Program-made: the position numbers and the translations under genes
Notes under the pieces: generated by a model
The model's input: the letters and a program-made list of their open reading frames with translations, nothing else
Told to the model about the DNA's origin: nothing
Databases searched by the model: none
Source: Lama guanicoe
Lineage: Eukaryota
Reading direction: 5' to 3'
Assembly: GCA_013239625.1 (NCBI GenBank)
Contig: MU054738.1
Location: 2,012,798-2,076,797, forward strand
DNA length: 64,000 nucleotides
Part shown: positions 34,280 to 47,868 of the stretch, one piece after another
Numbering within the stretch: the stretch's first letter is position 1
Layout: the number at the start of each line of letters is the position of its first letter

Positions 34280-35680
34280 TGTAATTCTAATCAACATGCC
34301 AGAAAATTTGTTTGTGGGACTTGAAAATTGATGCTCAAATTCATATAGAAGACTGAGGACCAAGAACAGTCATAAATATTTTGAATCAGAAAATTAAAGA
34401 GCACAAGTATCAAGTTATTATTAAGATACAGCACTTTCAGGACAAAACAATGCGATATTGATGCATAAAGAACAGGGAAAAATAGAGGGACTAGACACAG
34501 AGCTATTCATCTATGAGTTTTGTAATTGTCATTACAAAGCAGCAAGAGAAAGTACAAACTATTCAAAAGTGGTCTTGAAACGTTCGGGTAAACTTATAGA
34601 GGCAAAAAAAAAAAAAAAAAAACCAAAAAAACCAGAACTCTTAACCTAGTATAGGGAATTATAAATTCCATATAGACTAATAATTTAAATAGAAAAAGTA
34701 AAACTTTACAAGTTAGAATCTCAGGTTCAAAAGAAGTCCTTAAACAAGACAAAATGCACGTGAATGCACAAGGAGTTACGATGATTTTTCACTCCACTGG
34801 AATTAAATGACAAAAGATTCATAGGCAAAGTTCAATTGCAAGATATTGAATGGGAAGGGAGATTTTCAATGGAACCAAAAGGATTATTATCCATAATAAA
34901 GATATCTCATTATATCTTCTAAGTAGATAAGAAAATAACATGAAAAACAGCAATTATAGAAACATGCAAAATTCACAGAAGGTGGTTAATCTCATTAGTG
35001 ATTGGAGGAATGAAAATTAAAACAATAGTACAATATTATCTTACATCCATTATGTTAGAAAATATTACAAAGCTTGACTATGCCAAATGTCTATAGGAAT
35101 GTGGGAACCTGAGGCATTTCATAGAGTACTATAGGGAGAATAAATTCATGCAAGTGACTTTGGGAAAAATAATGGCTATATGCAATGAAGTTCAAGATGC
35201 ACGCACGTAACCAATGATCCAATATCTCTATTTCTAGAAATATGCTATAGATAAACTCTTAGACACCAGTGGCAGTGATATTTATTAAGCGTTGGTTGTC
35301 ACAGCAAAAAATATAAATATTTTCCCAGTAGAAAAATGAATAAATGAATTGTGGTAGAAATACATAATAAATATCTTTACAGTAATGAATATGAATGTGG
35401 CAGAGCCACATGTATCAACAGATAAATCTTAAAAATGTAATGTCAAGAAAACAAAACAAATACCAAAATAATACAAACAAATGATGACATTTATGTAAAT
35501 TTCAAAAATATTTAAAATAATTTTACCTATTATTTAAAGATATAAACATATATCAAAAGCATCAAAAATATAAAACCAACTTTAGGATAATGGCTAACTG
35601 GAAAAGGAAAAATGGGGAGAGGACAGAAATTAGCATAGCATAAGTTCCAATTCTATCAATGATATTTTAGTATTTAAGAA
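34280..35680 (+). mobile_element. Old L1 (L1ME-like) ORF2 3' end and 3'UTR
   Basis: 'ttgatgctcaaattcatatagaag', 'aattcacagaag', 'ctcattagtgattggaggaatgaaaattaaaacaat', 'atgaataaatgaattgtggta'. Confidence 0.8.
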
Positions 35681-35681
35681 A

Positions 35682-36150
35682 ACCTGCAGTATAGTGTTAA
35701 CAGTATGGAGATACCTCAAAAGACTTACTACATGATCCAGCAATCCCACTCTTGGGCATATATCCAGATGGAACCTTAGCTCAAAAAGATACATGCACCT
35801 CAATGTTCACAGCAGCACTGTATAAAACAGCCAAGACGTGGAAACAACCTAAATGTCCACTGACAGATGACTGGATAAAGTAGTTGTGGTATATTTATAC
35901 AATGGAATACTACTCAGCCACAAAAATAATAAAATAATGCCATTTGCAGCTACATGATGGACCTGGAGGTTGTCATTCTAAGTGAAGTAAGTCAGAAAGA
36001 GAAAGAAAAATACTATATGATATCACTCATATATGGAATCTAAAAAAAAAGATGAACTTATTTACACAACAGAAACAGACTCACAGACATAGAAAACAAA
36101 CTTATGGTTACCGGGGAGAGGAAGGAGGTGGCAAGGGATAAACTGGGATA
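35682..36150 (+). mobile_element. Younger L1 3' fragment (cetartiodactyl-type)
   Basis: 'atgatccagcaatcccactcttgggcatatatcca...caacctaaatgtcca...aatggaatactactcagcca...acagaaacagactcacagacatagaaaacaaacttatggttacc'. Homologous to the copy at 20610-21034. Confidence 0.9.
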
Positions 36151-36268
36151 AATGACTTTCTGGGATGATAGAGACTACAGGGTGCCCACAAGTTAAATGA
36201 AGGCTCAAAACAAGTCATATTCTTCCAGCATTTCTGAAAACTGAGAATACAAAAAAGATCCAAAACCA

Positions 36269-36331
36269 CAGCTGGTCCCTGAACGGTATGGGTTTGAACT
36301 ACACTGGTCTACCGATGTGTGTTTTTTCTCA
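36269..36331 (+). mobile_element. Tigger2-like terminal fragment
   Basis: 'cagctggtccctgaacggtatgggtttgaactacactggtctac' resembles the recalled Tigger2 terminus CAGTTGACCCTTGAACAACACGGGTTTGAACTGCGCGGGTCCAC. Confidence 0.6.
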
Positions 36332-37448
36332 TCTGAAATTGTCTCAAATGTCTCAACTTAAGTAATCCAAGAACTAGAAGATGTGTCAACCTTTTTTGTC
36401 ATTATTATTACTCAGAAACCAAAGCCAGGACTGTTGGAGCTGCCTGCCCCAGACATTGTCTGCACCCCGGGGTGACCACGCCCACACCTGGTGTGACCCA
36501 CCTGTGCATGGTGTGGATGGAATGCTCAGACTAATGCTCTCTTTCCAACAAGGTTTCACCTTCTACATCTTCGTTGTGCTAAGCAGGGAGAGCCTTCTCC
36601 CCCAATACTTGGCTTTGACTGATATTCTCCACATACAGAATAACTAAAAAACTGGTATTTTCACGCTTACAGCTACCAAAAATATTCCTGTCTCTGCCTC
36701 GTGTATGAAGATTTTACCGCCCAGGCTATAACTGTCTCCACTGCCTATCTTTCCCCACTTCTATGATTTCAGAAGTGATTTCTTTTCTTTGATGTTCTCA
36801 GACTTGTAAGATGAAGGTTGGCTTCTTTTTCATTTTTTTCTCAAGTCAGTTCAATTCCGATCTATCTGCTTCATAGCAAGTAGGAATTGTGCCCGTATCC
36901 TGCAGTACAGCTATATTTGGGCCCTCGATCGAGGTGTGGTTATATGTTTTCACTTTGTTGTTATGGTTATTCACTTGGAGATATTTTAGTAAGAATCTGG
37001 AAAAGCCTGCAGTGCCCATATGCCTTTAAAAACAGAATTTGAATTTAAATTGTGAAAAAACAGTGTAAAGAAAATATAAAAATTTAAAGTACTTTCTCTG
37101 TACCTGCTCTTAATACATTTCAATAATTCAAGTATTGAAAATAAAAGAATTCTTTTTTTTCTCCCAGAGCCCTTACTGTCCAAAAACAATTTCTAGACCT
37201 GAATTGATACAGCACTAAGACCACTCCTGTACATTTTTCAATGTGTTATAGGGTTTCGAATGTTTATTTGTATTTTTCAAGCCTAAAAGACCTTGTATTT
37301 TATTCTTAAATAATTCTATGGATGCGAAATAAAGGAAATTAAGTAGCATTCACAAAAGTCACACATAACCAGCCAGAGGCAAGGTCAGAACTAAAAACCA
37401 GGTCTCCTTGAGTTATTTTTATTAGAGCAACTTGCTGAAATCTAATTT

Positions 37449-37481
37449 TATATATATGTGTATATATATATATACATATAT
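37449..37481. repeat. (TA)n / (TG) microsatellite
   Basis: tatatatatgtgtatatatatatatacatatat seen directly. Confidence 0.9.
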
Positions 37482-38934
37482 GAATTTTAATTTAATATTT
37501 TCTTTTTATTTTAAATCATTCTGTGATTTCCACAGAAGGAAAATTAGTATTTCTTGTATGTGGCTTGAATTTTCAATTTATTCCTGTTCAACCTTAAATC
37601 CTGATTTCACGCTGAACAACCTAATGCATGCTGAAACAGCTCTGTCTGCAAGACAAGCTAACCTAACTGTGGGAACCATCTGGTTCCAATGGTGTCGCCT
37701 GCCTGGTTTACTCCAGATAAGATTCTGGCTTTCTGGCTGTCAAGCATAGACCCTCTACGTGGCTCTTCCTCTAAGATGAGGCCCGGAAGGCGGGTACCGG
37801 TCTCCGTATGACTGGCATGGAATGAAATTTCTGCCCAGTATATTTTATTTCTCCCTCATTTTAATGTAAACTACCCTGGCATGCAGAACAAACTCCCAAG
37901 AGATGCTTCCTTGAGACTATCTATACTCTCATAACAGACCTGAGTTATCATCCACTAATGCATTGAGCTTTGAGGATGGAGACAAGAGTGCAAATATCCA
38001 ATAATAAGTTGAAAAAAATTCTGCTGCCCTTATGGGAGGTAAGTTTAAAGCTCACAAATGCAAGAGCAAGAATACACAAAAGTCAAATATGATCTCCCAA
38101 CAGCTGGTGGAAATGCAAGGACCCGGTAAACTCAGGGCCATAGGAGGGAAACGCAAAGTGCCCTTCCTCTCTTCCCTTCTCACGGCAGCTTCAGCATCAT
38201 GTTTCCTGGCACATGTAGTACCAACTGATTCACTCTCAAACTTCCTCTTCACGTCTAATTTCAAGGTTTTACTTTTAACTGCCACCTCCTCCAGCTTCCT
38301 AGTAAGAAATGTGTTGGTGTGTTTAGAGTAAATTTATCAAGATGGTTAACTTACATGAAATAAAATAAACTACAAATGTCAGGAGTGTCTGAGAGCTGAC
38401 TTTGAAATAACATTTTTCTAATAGTTCTAATAGGGTTTGAAATGGAATAAAAATAACGTATGTCATAGAAAGTGTTAGACTCAACCACAGAGGGAGGCTA
38501 TTGGTTTGAGTTGTTGGGGCTGTGGTTACCTCAGACTGGGAAATAAAACCAAATGGGTTGGGACCACTCAGGTACACTGGGACGAATAACTGGGAAGGGC
38601 GAGGATGAGTCCTTTGTCTATAGAGGACCATTTAAATAAGGGTGAAAACAAGACGGTAAAAGAACAGTGCCCTTGGGCTGGATGTGGTAAACAAGACGAA
38701 TATTCTAAAACCAAAGCCCAGGGACGCTGTGTGTCTAGCTGCTCAAGAGACAGCCGTTTTCCATGAGGAAGGCGGTTTCTCACATGCACACCTCCTGTTA
38801 TTTGATCGTCTCCTCTCTAACTTGTCACCCTGTACATGAGAACCAAACAACCCAAATTAGGCAAAGTTCCATTTTCTTATTCAAAATCATGAGCCCACAT
38901 GGCTCTCATCCTCACGTAGGTTCCATTCCAACTG

Positions 38935-39145
38935 TATGATCCATAACAAATTACCACATACTCAGTATGCTTTCAAAACAATCCCTATTTACTCACTCAG
39001 TTCTACAGACAGAAGCTGGATGGGTTTAGGCTGGGTTCTGTGCTCAGGGTACCACAAGACCAAAATCAAGGTGTTGGGCCACGTTCTTACCTGGAGGCGC
39101 TAGAGAGGAACCCACCTCTAGGCCCACTCAGCTGTGTGGTCTGAG
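38935..39145 (-). mobile_element. MLT1 LTR fragment
   Basis: 'ccataacaaattaccacatactcagt...cagttctacagacagaag...tgctcagggtaccacaagaccaaaatcaaggtgtt'. Confidence 0.75.
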
Positions 39146-40279
39146 GGATTTTGACCCTACCCCTTTCTCCAGGTGTAAATGAATTCTCCTTGTCACAGTG
39201 ATAGCATCAGAGACAAGAACTTATCCATGCACAGTTAGCAGGTTAGCAGAGAGGCAGGTAAAACTCTTTTGTCCCATGTCTGAAGGAAAAAAAGATTTTT
39301 CTCTTGTTTATGGATTAGCATACATACGGTAGGGACATTTTGCTACCAAGAGGGTAAAGCCATCACATGAAGAAAGGAATTGATGAACAATCAGAGAAAC
39401 AAAACTGAAGTTCTTACCAAACTATACTTGAAGCCTGTCCTTCCAGCGGAGCCCTGCCAATTACATTTCCATATAATTCAAGCTAGTCTGTACTTGATTT
39501 TCTCTTATTTGTAACTAAATACATCTTACGTGATACAATGAGGCATACAAAAATGAAAAAATGGAGAATGAAGCTACCTACATGAGATCTGATTTTTTTA
39601 GTGTCTCTTTGCACTATGATTATAAAGGAAAGTATTCTGGTTTCTAATAGTGTTTTTCGACGGAAACTATTACATCTGAAGTGAAAAGAGTATTTTGTTA
39701 ATGCAGAGCAAAACCACTATAAAATAAAGTTTAAGAAGAAATAATGGAGTAAGAAAACTTTCAATTTCTAAGCTCACTGCAGGGGAAGTAATTTCCATTT
39801 TCATTTTCTCAATTTTTCCTCATTACATTTGATTTGTTAGCAATGGTGGAGGGTCCATTTTTCAACTGCTCTGCAAGCTTTATGCCACTGCATGGCATAT
39901 ATGGAAGTTAGTATTTTGGTGCTGGTAATAAAGTGTTTGCAACCCACAGAAACACCTACATAATATTTAAATTGCCCTGCCATTGTGAAAGCTCATTTAT
40001 GCCAGGTGCTAAGTTCAGATATCACATTTGTCAAATGGTATAATCATCTTTCTGCCTGAAGACAAGAACCGAGGGAACTTCACAAATGTCATCGAGCACT
40101 TAGCCAGCAAAATTTGCTGAAGGCTAAGAGGCTGGGATGGCTAAATTCATGCACCATGAAACACACGTGAGCAGTCACTCATTTTTTTAAATTAGCTGAA
40201 AAACTCAAGTGTTTTGGCTCATCAGGATAAAGAGACAGTAGGATTTATAGCCTAATTTGAAAACTCCCTCAATATAAAG

Positions 40280-40430
40280 AAAGCAGACAGTCTTGGATTG
40301 AAACGTGTGAGCCTTTCAAACTTGAGCAAGTAGTTAATCTCCTTAAGTCTCTGGCTTTTTATCTGTAAAACTAGGATATTAGTATCCACCCAACAGAGTA
40401 GTTATCAGGACAAAATAAAATCTGGTAATG
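40280..40430 (+). mobile_element. MIR SINE
   Basis: Core 'cttgagcaagtagttaatctccttaagtctctggctttttatctgtaaaactaggatattagta'. Confidence 0.75.
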
Positions 40431-41019
40431 TGTTTCTAAAATTAAGTATATCTGAAACTTCAATGTAGATTTACGGTTGAAATGTTTCATGTGAAACAAG
40501 AAATTTTACATTTAGTACAACTGTTCTTAGCAGGACATAGTGTTCTAGGAAGAAGGCAGATTATTCATTGTTTATTCTCAAGACTCTTTCGGGTATGGAG
40601 GGGTGGGAGTTGAGGTCAATCTTTTCCATTTTTGGACATTTCATTGCCTGCGAAAGGGAAGTTCACAGAGAGAAGTTAAGGCATGAATGTTAACCTTACC
40701 TTTGAGCAACAGCTACCTCTATTCCAGCCCCAGCCCTGTGACTGAGGCCTACTTGTGCTGAATGTCATCTCTGTTGCTGACGATCTGAGTTCCTAGGCCT
40801 ATGAACATTAGGCCTCTATTTCTAGTAATCAGTGCCGTCGACCTGTGCTGGAGAACCACTGGGGATTATCCACAGCTAAACCCGAAATCATCCCTTAACA
40901 CAGACTGACAGACTCTCCAAGTTCTCCTCTTTCCCATAGGTCCCTTGGACTCAGCCAATAATTCTTTCCTCTCTCATGCTTCCAGGATTCACTCTACTCC
41001 TTGGAGCTTGTGGAAGATA

Positions 41020-41393
41020 CAGCAGTGCTTGGCAAAGATTCCTCCACTAGCCTACATTCCCAGGCCTTGTGGTCAGGTAGGGTTATGTGACTAGTTCACC
41101 TGATCACCGGCCTGGAGAGGTGATGATATAAGTCTCTTCTAGGCCAAAGCACTGACCTGATGGTACATGATTCCTGCATTCCCATTCCTCCACTGTGGCT
41201 ACCAGCTACATCCCAGATGATGCAATCTCAACCAGTCTAGGTTCCTGAGTAATTACATAGAACAGAACCCCTCTCAAAATTCACAATGGGCATGCAGCCT
41301 AAGTGATAAAAAAAAAATCTTTATGCTTTAAACAAGTGGCACATTGAGATTAACTTGTTATTCTAGATAATCTAACCTATTGTGATTGATTCA
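41020..41393 (+). mobile_element. MLT1 (I/J-like) LTR
   Basis: 'ggttatgtgactagttc', 'tcttctaggccaaagca', 'cagtctaggttcctgagtaattacatagaacaga', end 'ttgttattctagataatctaacctattgtgattgattca'. Confidence 0.7.
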
Positions 41394-41749
41394 GGGCTCT
41401 TCATTTGAAATGTGAGAGACCATTACCGAAGACATCCCCTTTTAATTGCTCCCAAAAGCAGATAAAGAGGCCATGTTCATTTTAGGTATTATAATACTAA
41501 TCACTGCATAAGCAATAACAAAGTATTGGTTGAGATATTTTTAAGCTGAGTTACAGAGATAGAAAAGTATTAGATGAATATAGAAAAACTAAAATGATAG
41601 ATATAATCTGTGAGAAGAAGAACAGATATTTATATATTATATTCAGTGAAGAGAATCACAAAAAGGAAGTTGGAAGAAGCAGGGAAGTGGTGGAGGAGAT
41701 AACTAAATTAAGACTGGATCGTGATTAGCCTTGCGTGTCAGGGTAAAGA

Positions 41750-42250
41750 GCTGGCGGTAGTAACAGAAACATGTGCGTGACTCATGACGGCATTTAACAT
41801 TAAGCAAAAGACCACTGAAACTACAGAGGATTAAAGACAGGGATGTGTTTTTTTCATACAGTAAGAATTCTTCAAGCAGTTAGTTCAGGTTTTGCAAAGT
41901 TAGCTGCTCAAAGAGTAAGGACCCAGGCTCCTTTTGTTTTTTGGTTCTCCTATCCTTAACACGTATCTTTTGTCCCCGTGATCTCAAGACGGCTGCTACT
42001 CTCCAGACACCCAATCCTCAGGCCAGCCTGGAGGACAGGGTTAGGAATAAAGAGGAAGAGGCGATGTGAAATCTTCCCCAAAATCCCAAGCAGATTTTTA
42101 TTTTAAACCCAAGGTCAGAACTGACTATCTTAATGGGCAAGAAAATTAGAAAAGTGAGTATTTTTAACCACATACATTGGAGTTGTATAAAATATATAAA
42201 AAAACAACAAACATTGCATGTGTAACTAGTCATGCCTGCCTTACCATGCT
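41750..42250 (-). mobile_element. MLT1 (J/K-like) LTR
   Basis: 'aaggacccaggctccttt...ttctcctatccttaaca...caagacggctgctactctccagaca' matches antisense MLT1J/K. Confidence 0.65.
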
Positions 42251-43444
42251 ACCCTCCAAGCTCTAAGTTTTATAATGAATGTCAAATCCAGATTCTCTCC
42301 TCCAAAGTTTAGCTCATCTTAATGTTCTTTTAAGTTTATATTCTGAGTTCATAGATTATTTCCTTAAAAGCTATCTTATCATGATTATTACAACCTGGAA
42401 TTAATCACTGAGAAATCAGTCATTTATCAAGTAGTTCCCCATGTGAGATCATTAATGGACTGTCATTCTTTTTCCCAAGGACACTAAGTTGGATTGTTCT
42501 GGGAACCAGGACTGATTTCCCTATTTGACAGTGACCATAGCAGAGGCAAGCCACCCACATTGCTTTTTTTTTTTTTAGTGGTTATTTTAGAGATTACACT
42601 ATCTATCTTTGATTTATAAAACTCTAATTTAATTAATTTACCACTAGAAACTTACAACACTTTAACTCCTTTTATCTACCTCCTGACTTCTGCATTATTG
42701 CCGTGTATTTCAATAATGTATATATTCAAAATCTTACAAGAATTTATAGTTTTTGCTTTATAAATCAATATTCACTTGTATTTACCTAAATATTTATACT
42801 TTCTGTTGCTTTCATTATTTCCTGCAATTTCTGTGGATCCAACAGCTTAGAGTCATCTTGGGTGAAAGAATTTTGTTTTTTTAATGATATACTGTCCTCT
42901 CCATTACTTCATCTACAAAAACTGTTGGTATCTACAATAAATAATTATATTTACCATGTTTTAAAATGCTTTTAAAATGACATGAATCAAAAGAAACATG
43001 ATTTTTAAATGTTTCACTAAATTGTTTCCAATGTCTTTTCTGTTGTGTTGTTGCTAAACAAAGACTGTGAAATGATTCAATATTATCTCACAGGGGATTT
43101 TGTGCATTATTGGAAACATAACTTGAAACCTGCTCAGTATAAGAAACTAAGAATTAATACAATTATTTTAATTATATGTAATATCTTTTCATGTTCAGTC
43201 TCACAATTATAATATATATTTATTTTGAGTTCTGTTGTATTTTACTTAATAATTGATCATAATTATTTCCACTGTCATCATGATCATTATTTTGTGGTTA
43301 TGAATGGGTAACTCCATTGAGTTGGTGTACCTAAGTTGACATAAGCAGTCTACTATTGTTGAAATTAATATTATTCACACTTTTGTATAAATACTCTTGC
43401 AATGATTATTTTTGTGCACAGAGCTTCCCTCAAATCTGTAGGGT

Positions 43445-45075
43445 ATAGAGTTTCTAAAGGATCAGTCTTTAGTTCTTTTCTTGTCTCTGTATTTTCTCCT
43501 TTGATGAGCTCATCTCATCTCATGGCTTTAATGCCAAATATGTGTCAATAACTTTCAAATTTGCATTACCAGCCAAAGATCCTTCTCCCAAACTCCATGC
43601 CTTTATATCCAGCTGCCTATTCAAGCTTCCATTTAGATATCCAAAAAAACCTCAAACCCAATGCGTCCCAAACAGAACACCTGGTTGCCCTTTGAACAGT
43701 CATCTCCACATGCAAGTTTTTTCATCTCAGCTGGTGCAAAATCATCTCAGCTGCTTAGACAACAATTTTGGAGCAATCCTTGACTCCTTCCTTTATTTCA
43801 TATCCCTCTTTTTATCTGACCAAAATTCTGCTTATTCTACATTTAAAACCTATTAAAAAAATGCAGTTCTTCTCATCATTTCATCATTCTTGTCTGAAGT
43901 ACCGTTGTCTCTTCCCAGGGTAACAGCAATAGCTTCCTATACAGTTTCTTATGGCTGCTGTAACAAACCACCACAAACCTGGTGGCTGAGAACAACAGTT
44001 CTGAAGGCCCTATGTCCAAAATCAACATCACTTAGCCAAAATCAAGGTACTGGCAGGACCACACTATCTCCAGAGGCTACAGGGCAGAATGCATTTCCTT
44101 GCCATCTCCAGCAACTAGAATTGCACTCCTTGTTTTTCTTGGCTCATGGTTCCTTCCTCCATCTTCAAAGCCAGTACTGTGACATCTTTCTCTGACTCTG
44201 CTTCCATCACATGGCCTTCCTTCTTGTCTCTGGTCAAGTCTTCCCCAGCCTCCCACTGAGAATATATATATGTGATTGCATTTAAAGGTCCTACCAGGAT
44301 AATCTGGATAATCTCCCAATCACAAGATTCTTAATTTAATCACAACTGCAGTCTCTTTTTTTGCTATACAAGGCAACGTTCACAGGTTTCAGGGATTAGG
44401 GTATGACTATTTTGGGGAGAGTCATTATTCAGCCCACTACATTTCCTAACTGGTCACCTGACCTCAATCATTTCCTCCTTATGGGCTATTCTCAACACAG
44501 CAACAAGAGTGATCCTTTTAAAATGTCAGAACATGACACTTTTCTCAGAACTTTGCAATAATCATTCCATTCAGTGCAACAGACAAACTCCTTACAAGGA
44601 CAACACAATCCTATATGATCTGGCCTCCCATTTCTGTCAAACTCCACCTTCCACTACTTTCTTCTTTGCTCACACTGCCACTTCCAACTGGCCTCTTAGT
44701 TCTTTCTGGAACATTCTAAGCATGTTCCTACCTTAGGAGTGTTGCATTTGCTGTCATCTTCCCACAGCTAATCATATGATAACCCTTTCTTATCAATGCT
44801 TATGTATGACTTTCTCAACAAGGTCTATCCCAAAGCCCCATTTAAAATTTTAACCCTTAATTCCACATTCCTAATTCTTACCCTGTTCTTTTTTCCCAAA
44901 GCACTCATACACCAAATATCCTGTATAATTTGATCATTTATAATTATTATATTTATTAGTCTGTCATTCTCTATTAGAATATAAGTTCTACTTTATTCAG
45001 TGATATAGGTCAAGTGTCTACATCAGTGCCTGGCATATAGAATGTACTCCATAATTTTGTTACATAAATGAATGG
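43445..45075 (+). mobile_element. L2 (L2a-like) 3' portion, interrupted by an MLT1 LTR
   Basis: From 43447 it translates RVSKGSVFSSFLVS (L2 RT GVPQGSVLGPLLFS), followed by SHGF. 'acagcaacaagagtgatccttttaaaatgtca' and tail 'cagtgcctggcatatag...ataaatgaatg'. Confidence 0.85.
43938..44441 (-). mobile_element. MLT1C/D-like solo LTR nested in L2
   Basis: 'tatacagtttcttatggctgctgtaacaaaccaccacaaacctggtggct'...'attattcagcccactaca'. 5-bp TSD cttcc (43933-37) / tttcc (44442-46). Confidence 0.88.
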
Positions 45076-46099
45076 CACTTTCTGCTGAGAAATTATTTCC
45101 TTAGAATAAAATTTTATTACTAAAGTGGTTAAGTCCAGTAAGCTTAAATATGTCTGTGGATCCTGAAAGAGCCTTATTTTGCTCAGCATAAGAGCAAAAA
45201 CTTACAAAGAGCCATATTGCTCTAAATGAGAGAACAAACCGTTCACAGTATATTTATAGTTTCACTATCAAAATGAGTTTACCTGTTTTACCATCATCTC
45301 ATCAGAATTGAATCTGTTCTTCTTCCCTTTGAAACAAACTACAAATGCAATGCTTTTGAACAATATGGTTTTGATCTACTTCCAAATTAGTCAACAGACA
45401 CATACTAAGGATCTACTAGTATTATGGATTATTTTATGTATTCATAAGGGAGGTATAGGATAATAAGATCTTCAAAAGCATCATCTACGTCTTCAACAAT
45501 GTCACAGTTCAGAGGAGAGGGTACACATAAATGAGTAACTATCATGGCAAAGGGTGAATAAACACCATCAAAAATTCACCAAGGGTACTACTAAAGTTCA
45601 AGTTAAACTATTATATATTGTAATCTGATACACTTACATAAGGCTCAAGTGAGAAAAGTGGCCCTTTTTCTTATTCTGTTTCTGCAGGGGTATTTTATTC
45701 TGCTATTAATTTCCTGGCATAAGACAGAAGCAATGCTTCAAGGAACCTCTCTCTAGTCCCTAAGGGTATGATTAAACAGCACAGAGTAATGTGTTGCAAC
45801 TGCACTTTTATTCAACAGAGAAATATTTATTTTATTTTTTTAACTGCAAAGTCTCATGCACTACTTCCCCAGGATTTCAGTTTCAACAAAAACAGACCCA
45901 GAGTTTGAACTGATCGTGGGAAGACCCAGATCAGACTGTGTAGCTTTGCCATGACTCCAGCCAGATCTTCCTGGGATAAAATCAGATCTAAGAGTGGCAA
46001 ATCGTGCTCATGAGGGTGACAGTTTCCTGAGGAGCTGACCTGTACCAGGAACATTTGGAGCTGAAAAATCAAATACTGCAATAGAAAAAAATGATCCTA

Positions 46100-46358
46100 A
46101 AGATATAAACTTCCAAGTGTAAAATAAATATGTCCTGGTGATGTAATGTACAGAATGGTGACTATAATTAATGATACTGTATTGTACATTTGAAATTGTC
46201 TGAGAAGATCTTAAAAGTTCTTAACACAAGGGAAAAAATATGGTGACAGGTGGTAAACTAGACTTATTATGGTGACATTTGGAGCATAATCAAATTATTA
46301 TGCTGTAGACCTAAAACTAATACAATATTATATGTCAATTATATCTCAATAAAAAAAA
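46100..46358 (+). mobile_element. L1MA-type 3' terminus with poly(A)
   Basis: 'gtcctggtgatgtaatgtacagaatggtgactataattaatgatactgtattgtacatttgaaa...aaactaatacaatattatatgtcaattatatctcaataaaaaaaa'. Confidence 0.85.
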
Positions 46359-47672
46359 GCAACAACAACAATAAACGCAACAATTCCAAATACTTCTCTG
46401 GCAATTCTACTGAAAGGACCATATTCACCCTGAAGGGTATCCTGTACCTGGTTTTCATCTCTCCTTCCATTGTCCTCAGTTCTCTGTGCTCCTACGGTCT
46501 TATGTTTCAATTCCCTTCTATACATGCTCAGTGTTATTCACATATGTTGAAGCAAGCACTTTGCTTCCTGAATGCTCACATTTCAATCCCCTCTGTGACT
46601 ATATGTCGACGAGGAGCATCCACTTTACTTAATCCTTCTTTAGATCAGAAAATGAGGAAATGGACAACGATACATACCAAGAGCTCTTTAATACAAGTAC
46701 AGGTGGGGTACTCATCTGCGGTACACCATCTTCCTATATGCCCATTTTGCCAGCCTCCTTTCCCACCGCTGACCCCGCGTGGTGGCACACACTGCCGCAG
46801 TGAACCACCTGGGGTCCCCACACTCACCTCATGTTTCACTGGCCAAGGACTCCTCTCCCACCTCTCTTTACCTGGCTACAATCATGTTTCTTCCACTTAG
46901 CTCAGTTTCCAGTACCTCAAGGTAGCTTATCTTGAACTCATTGCTTGGCTCCCGTCTCCCCTTAAACAAACCTCTTGCAGGAATGACCTATTCTGTTGAC
47001 ATTTTTGGTTCATCAGTCAGTCTCTACCACTGTTCCACACAATCTTTTAGAACAGAAACTCATATGTATCTCTTAGCACAGTGACTGACAGGGAGTAAGC
47101 AGTCATTAGCATCTCTGGTTGAAATATGCATTTATTGATTAATTTGCTGTTGCCATTTTAGCCTGTGAACTTCTTGAAGGTACAGTTACAATCTCACTGG
47201 CTCTAGCCTTGCAAATTACACCTGTAATCCATCAATGTATAGTAAATAACTGCTGGTGATGCTTGCTTCTTAGAAAACACATTCATGAGTGATTTACAGA
47301 GAGAAAATTTAATAATAAAAACAGGCTTTTTAATATACAGTCTTATCTTCAAAATATAATAAGAGAAAGAGGAAAGCAGTGAGAGAGAGGAGGAAGCAGC
47401 CAGAGGAAGAGGAAACAAGGGAAAGGGGGAGAACAGACAAGGACAGAAATCATATGAGAGGAGACAAAAGTATCTAAAATAGGATTATTTGAAAAATTGA
47501 TTTTTAGAATGGTGGTACACATTTTTAATGCTGTTTACTTGAAAGCAAAGCTGAAATGGAATTATCTCAACAATGACAAATGAGAACCATATTTTATCCA
47601 CATTTTCAACAGTCATAACATCATCCTGAATGTCTGCAAATGATTTGTATGCTGTATGGCAAGCACGCTCCA

Positions 47673-47868
47673 NNNNNNNNNNNNNNNNNNNNNNNNNNNN
47701 NNNNNNNNNNNNNNNNNNNNNNNNNNNNNNNNNNNNNNNNNNNNNNNNNNNNNNNNNNNNNNNNNNNNNNNNNNNNNNNNNNNNNNNNNNNNNNNNNNNN
47801 NNNNNNNNNNNNNNNNNNNNNNNNNNNNNNNNNNNNNNNNNNNNNNNNNNNNNNNNNNNNNNNNNNNN
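47673..47868. other. Assembly gap (196 N)
   Basis: Run of n seen directly. Confidence 1.
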
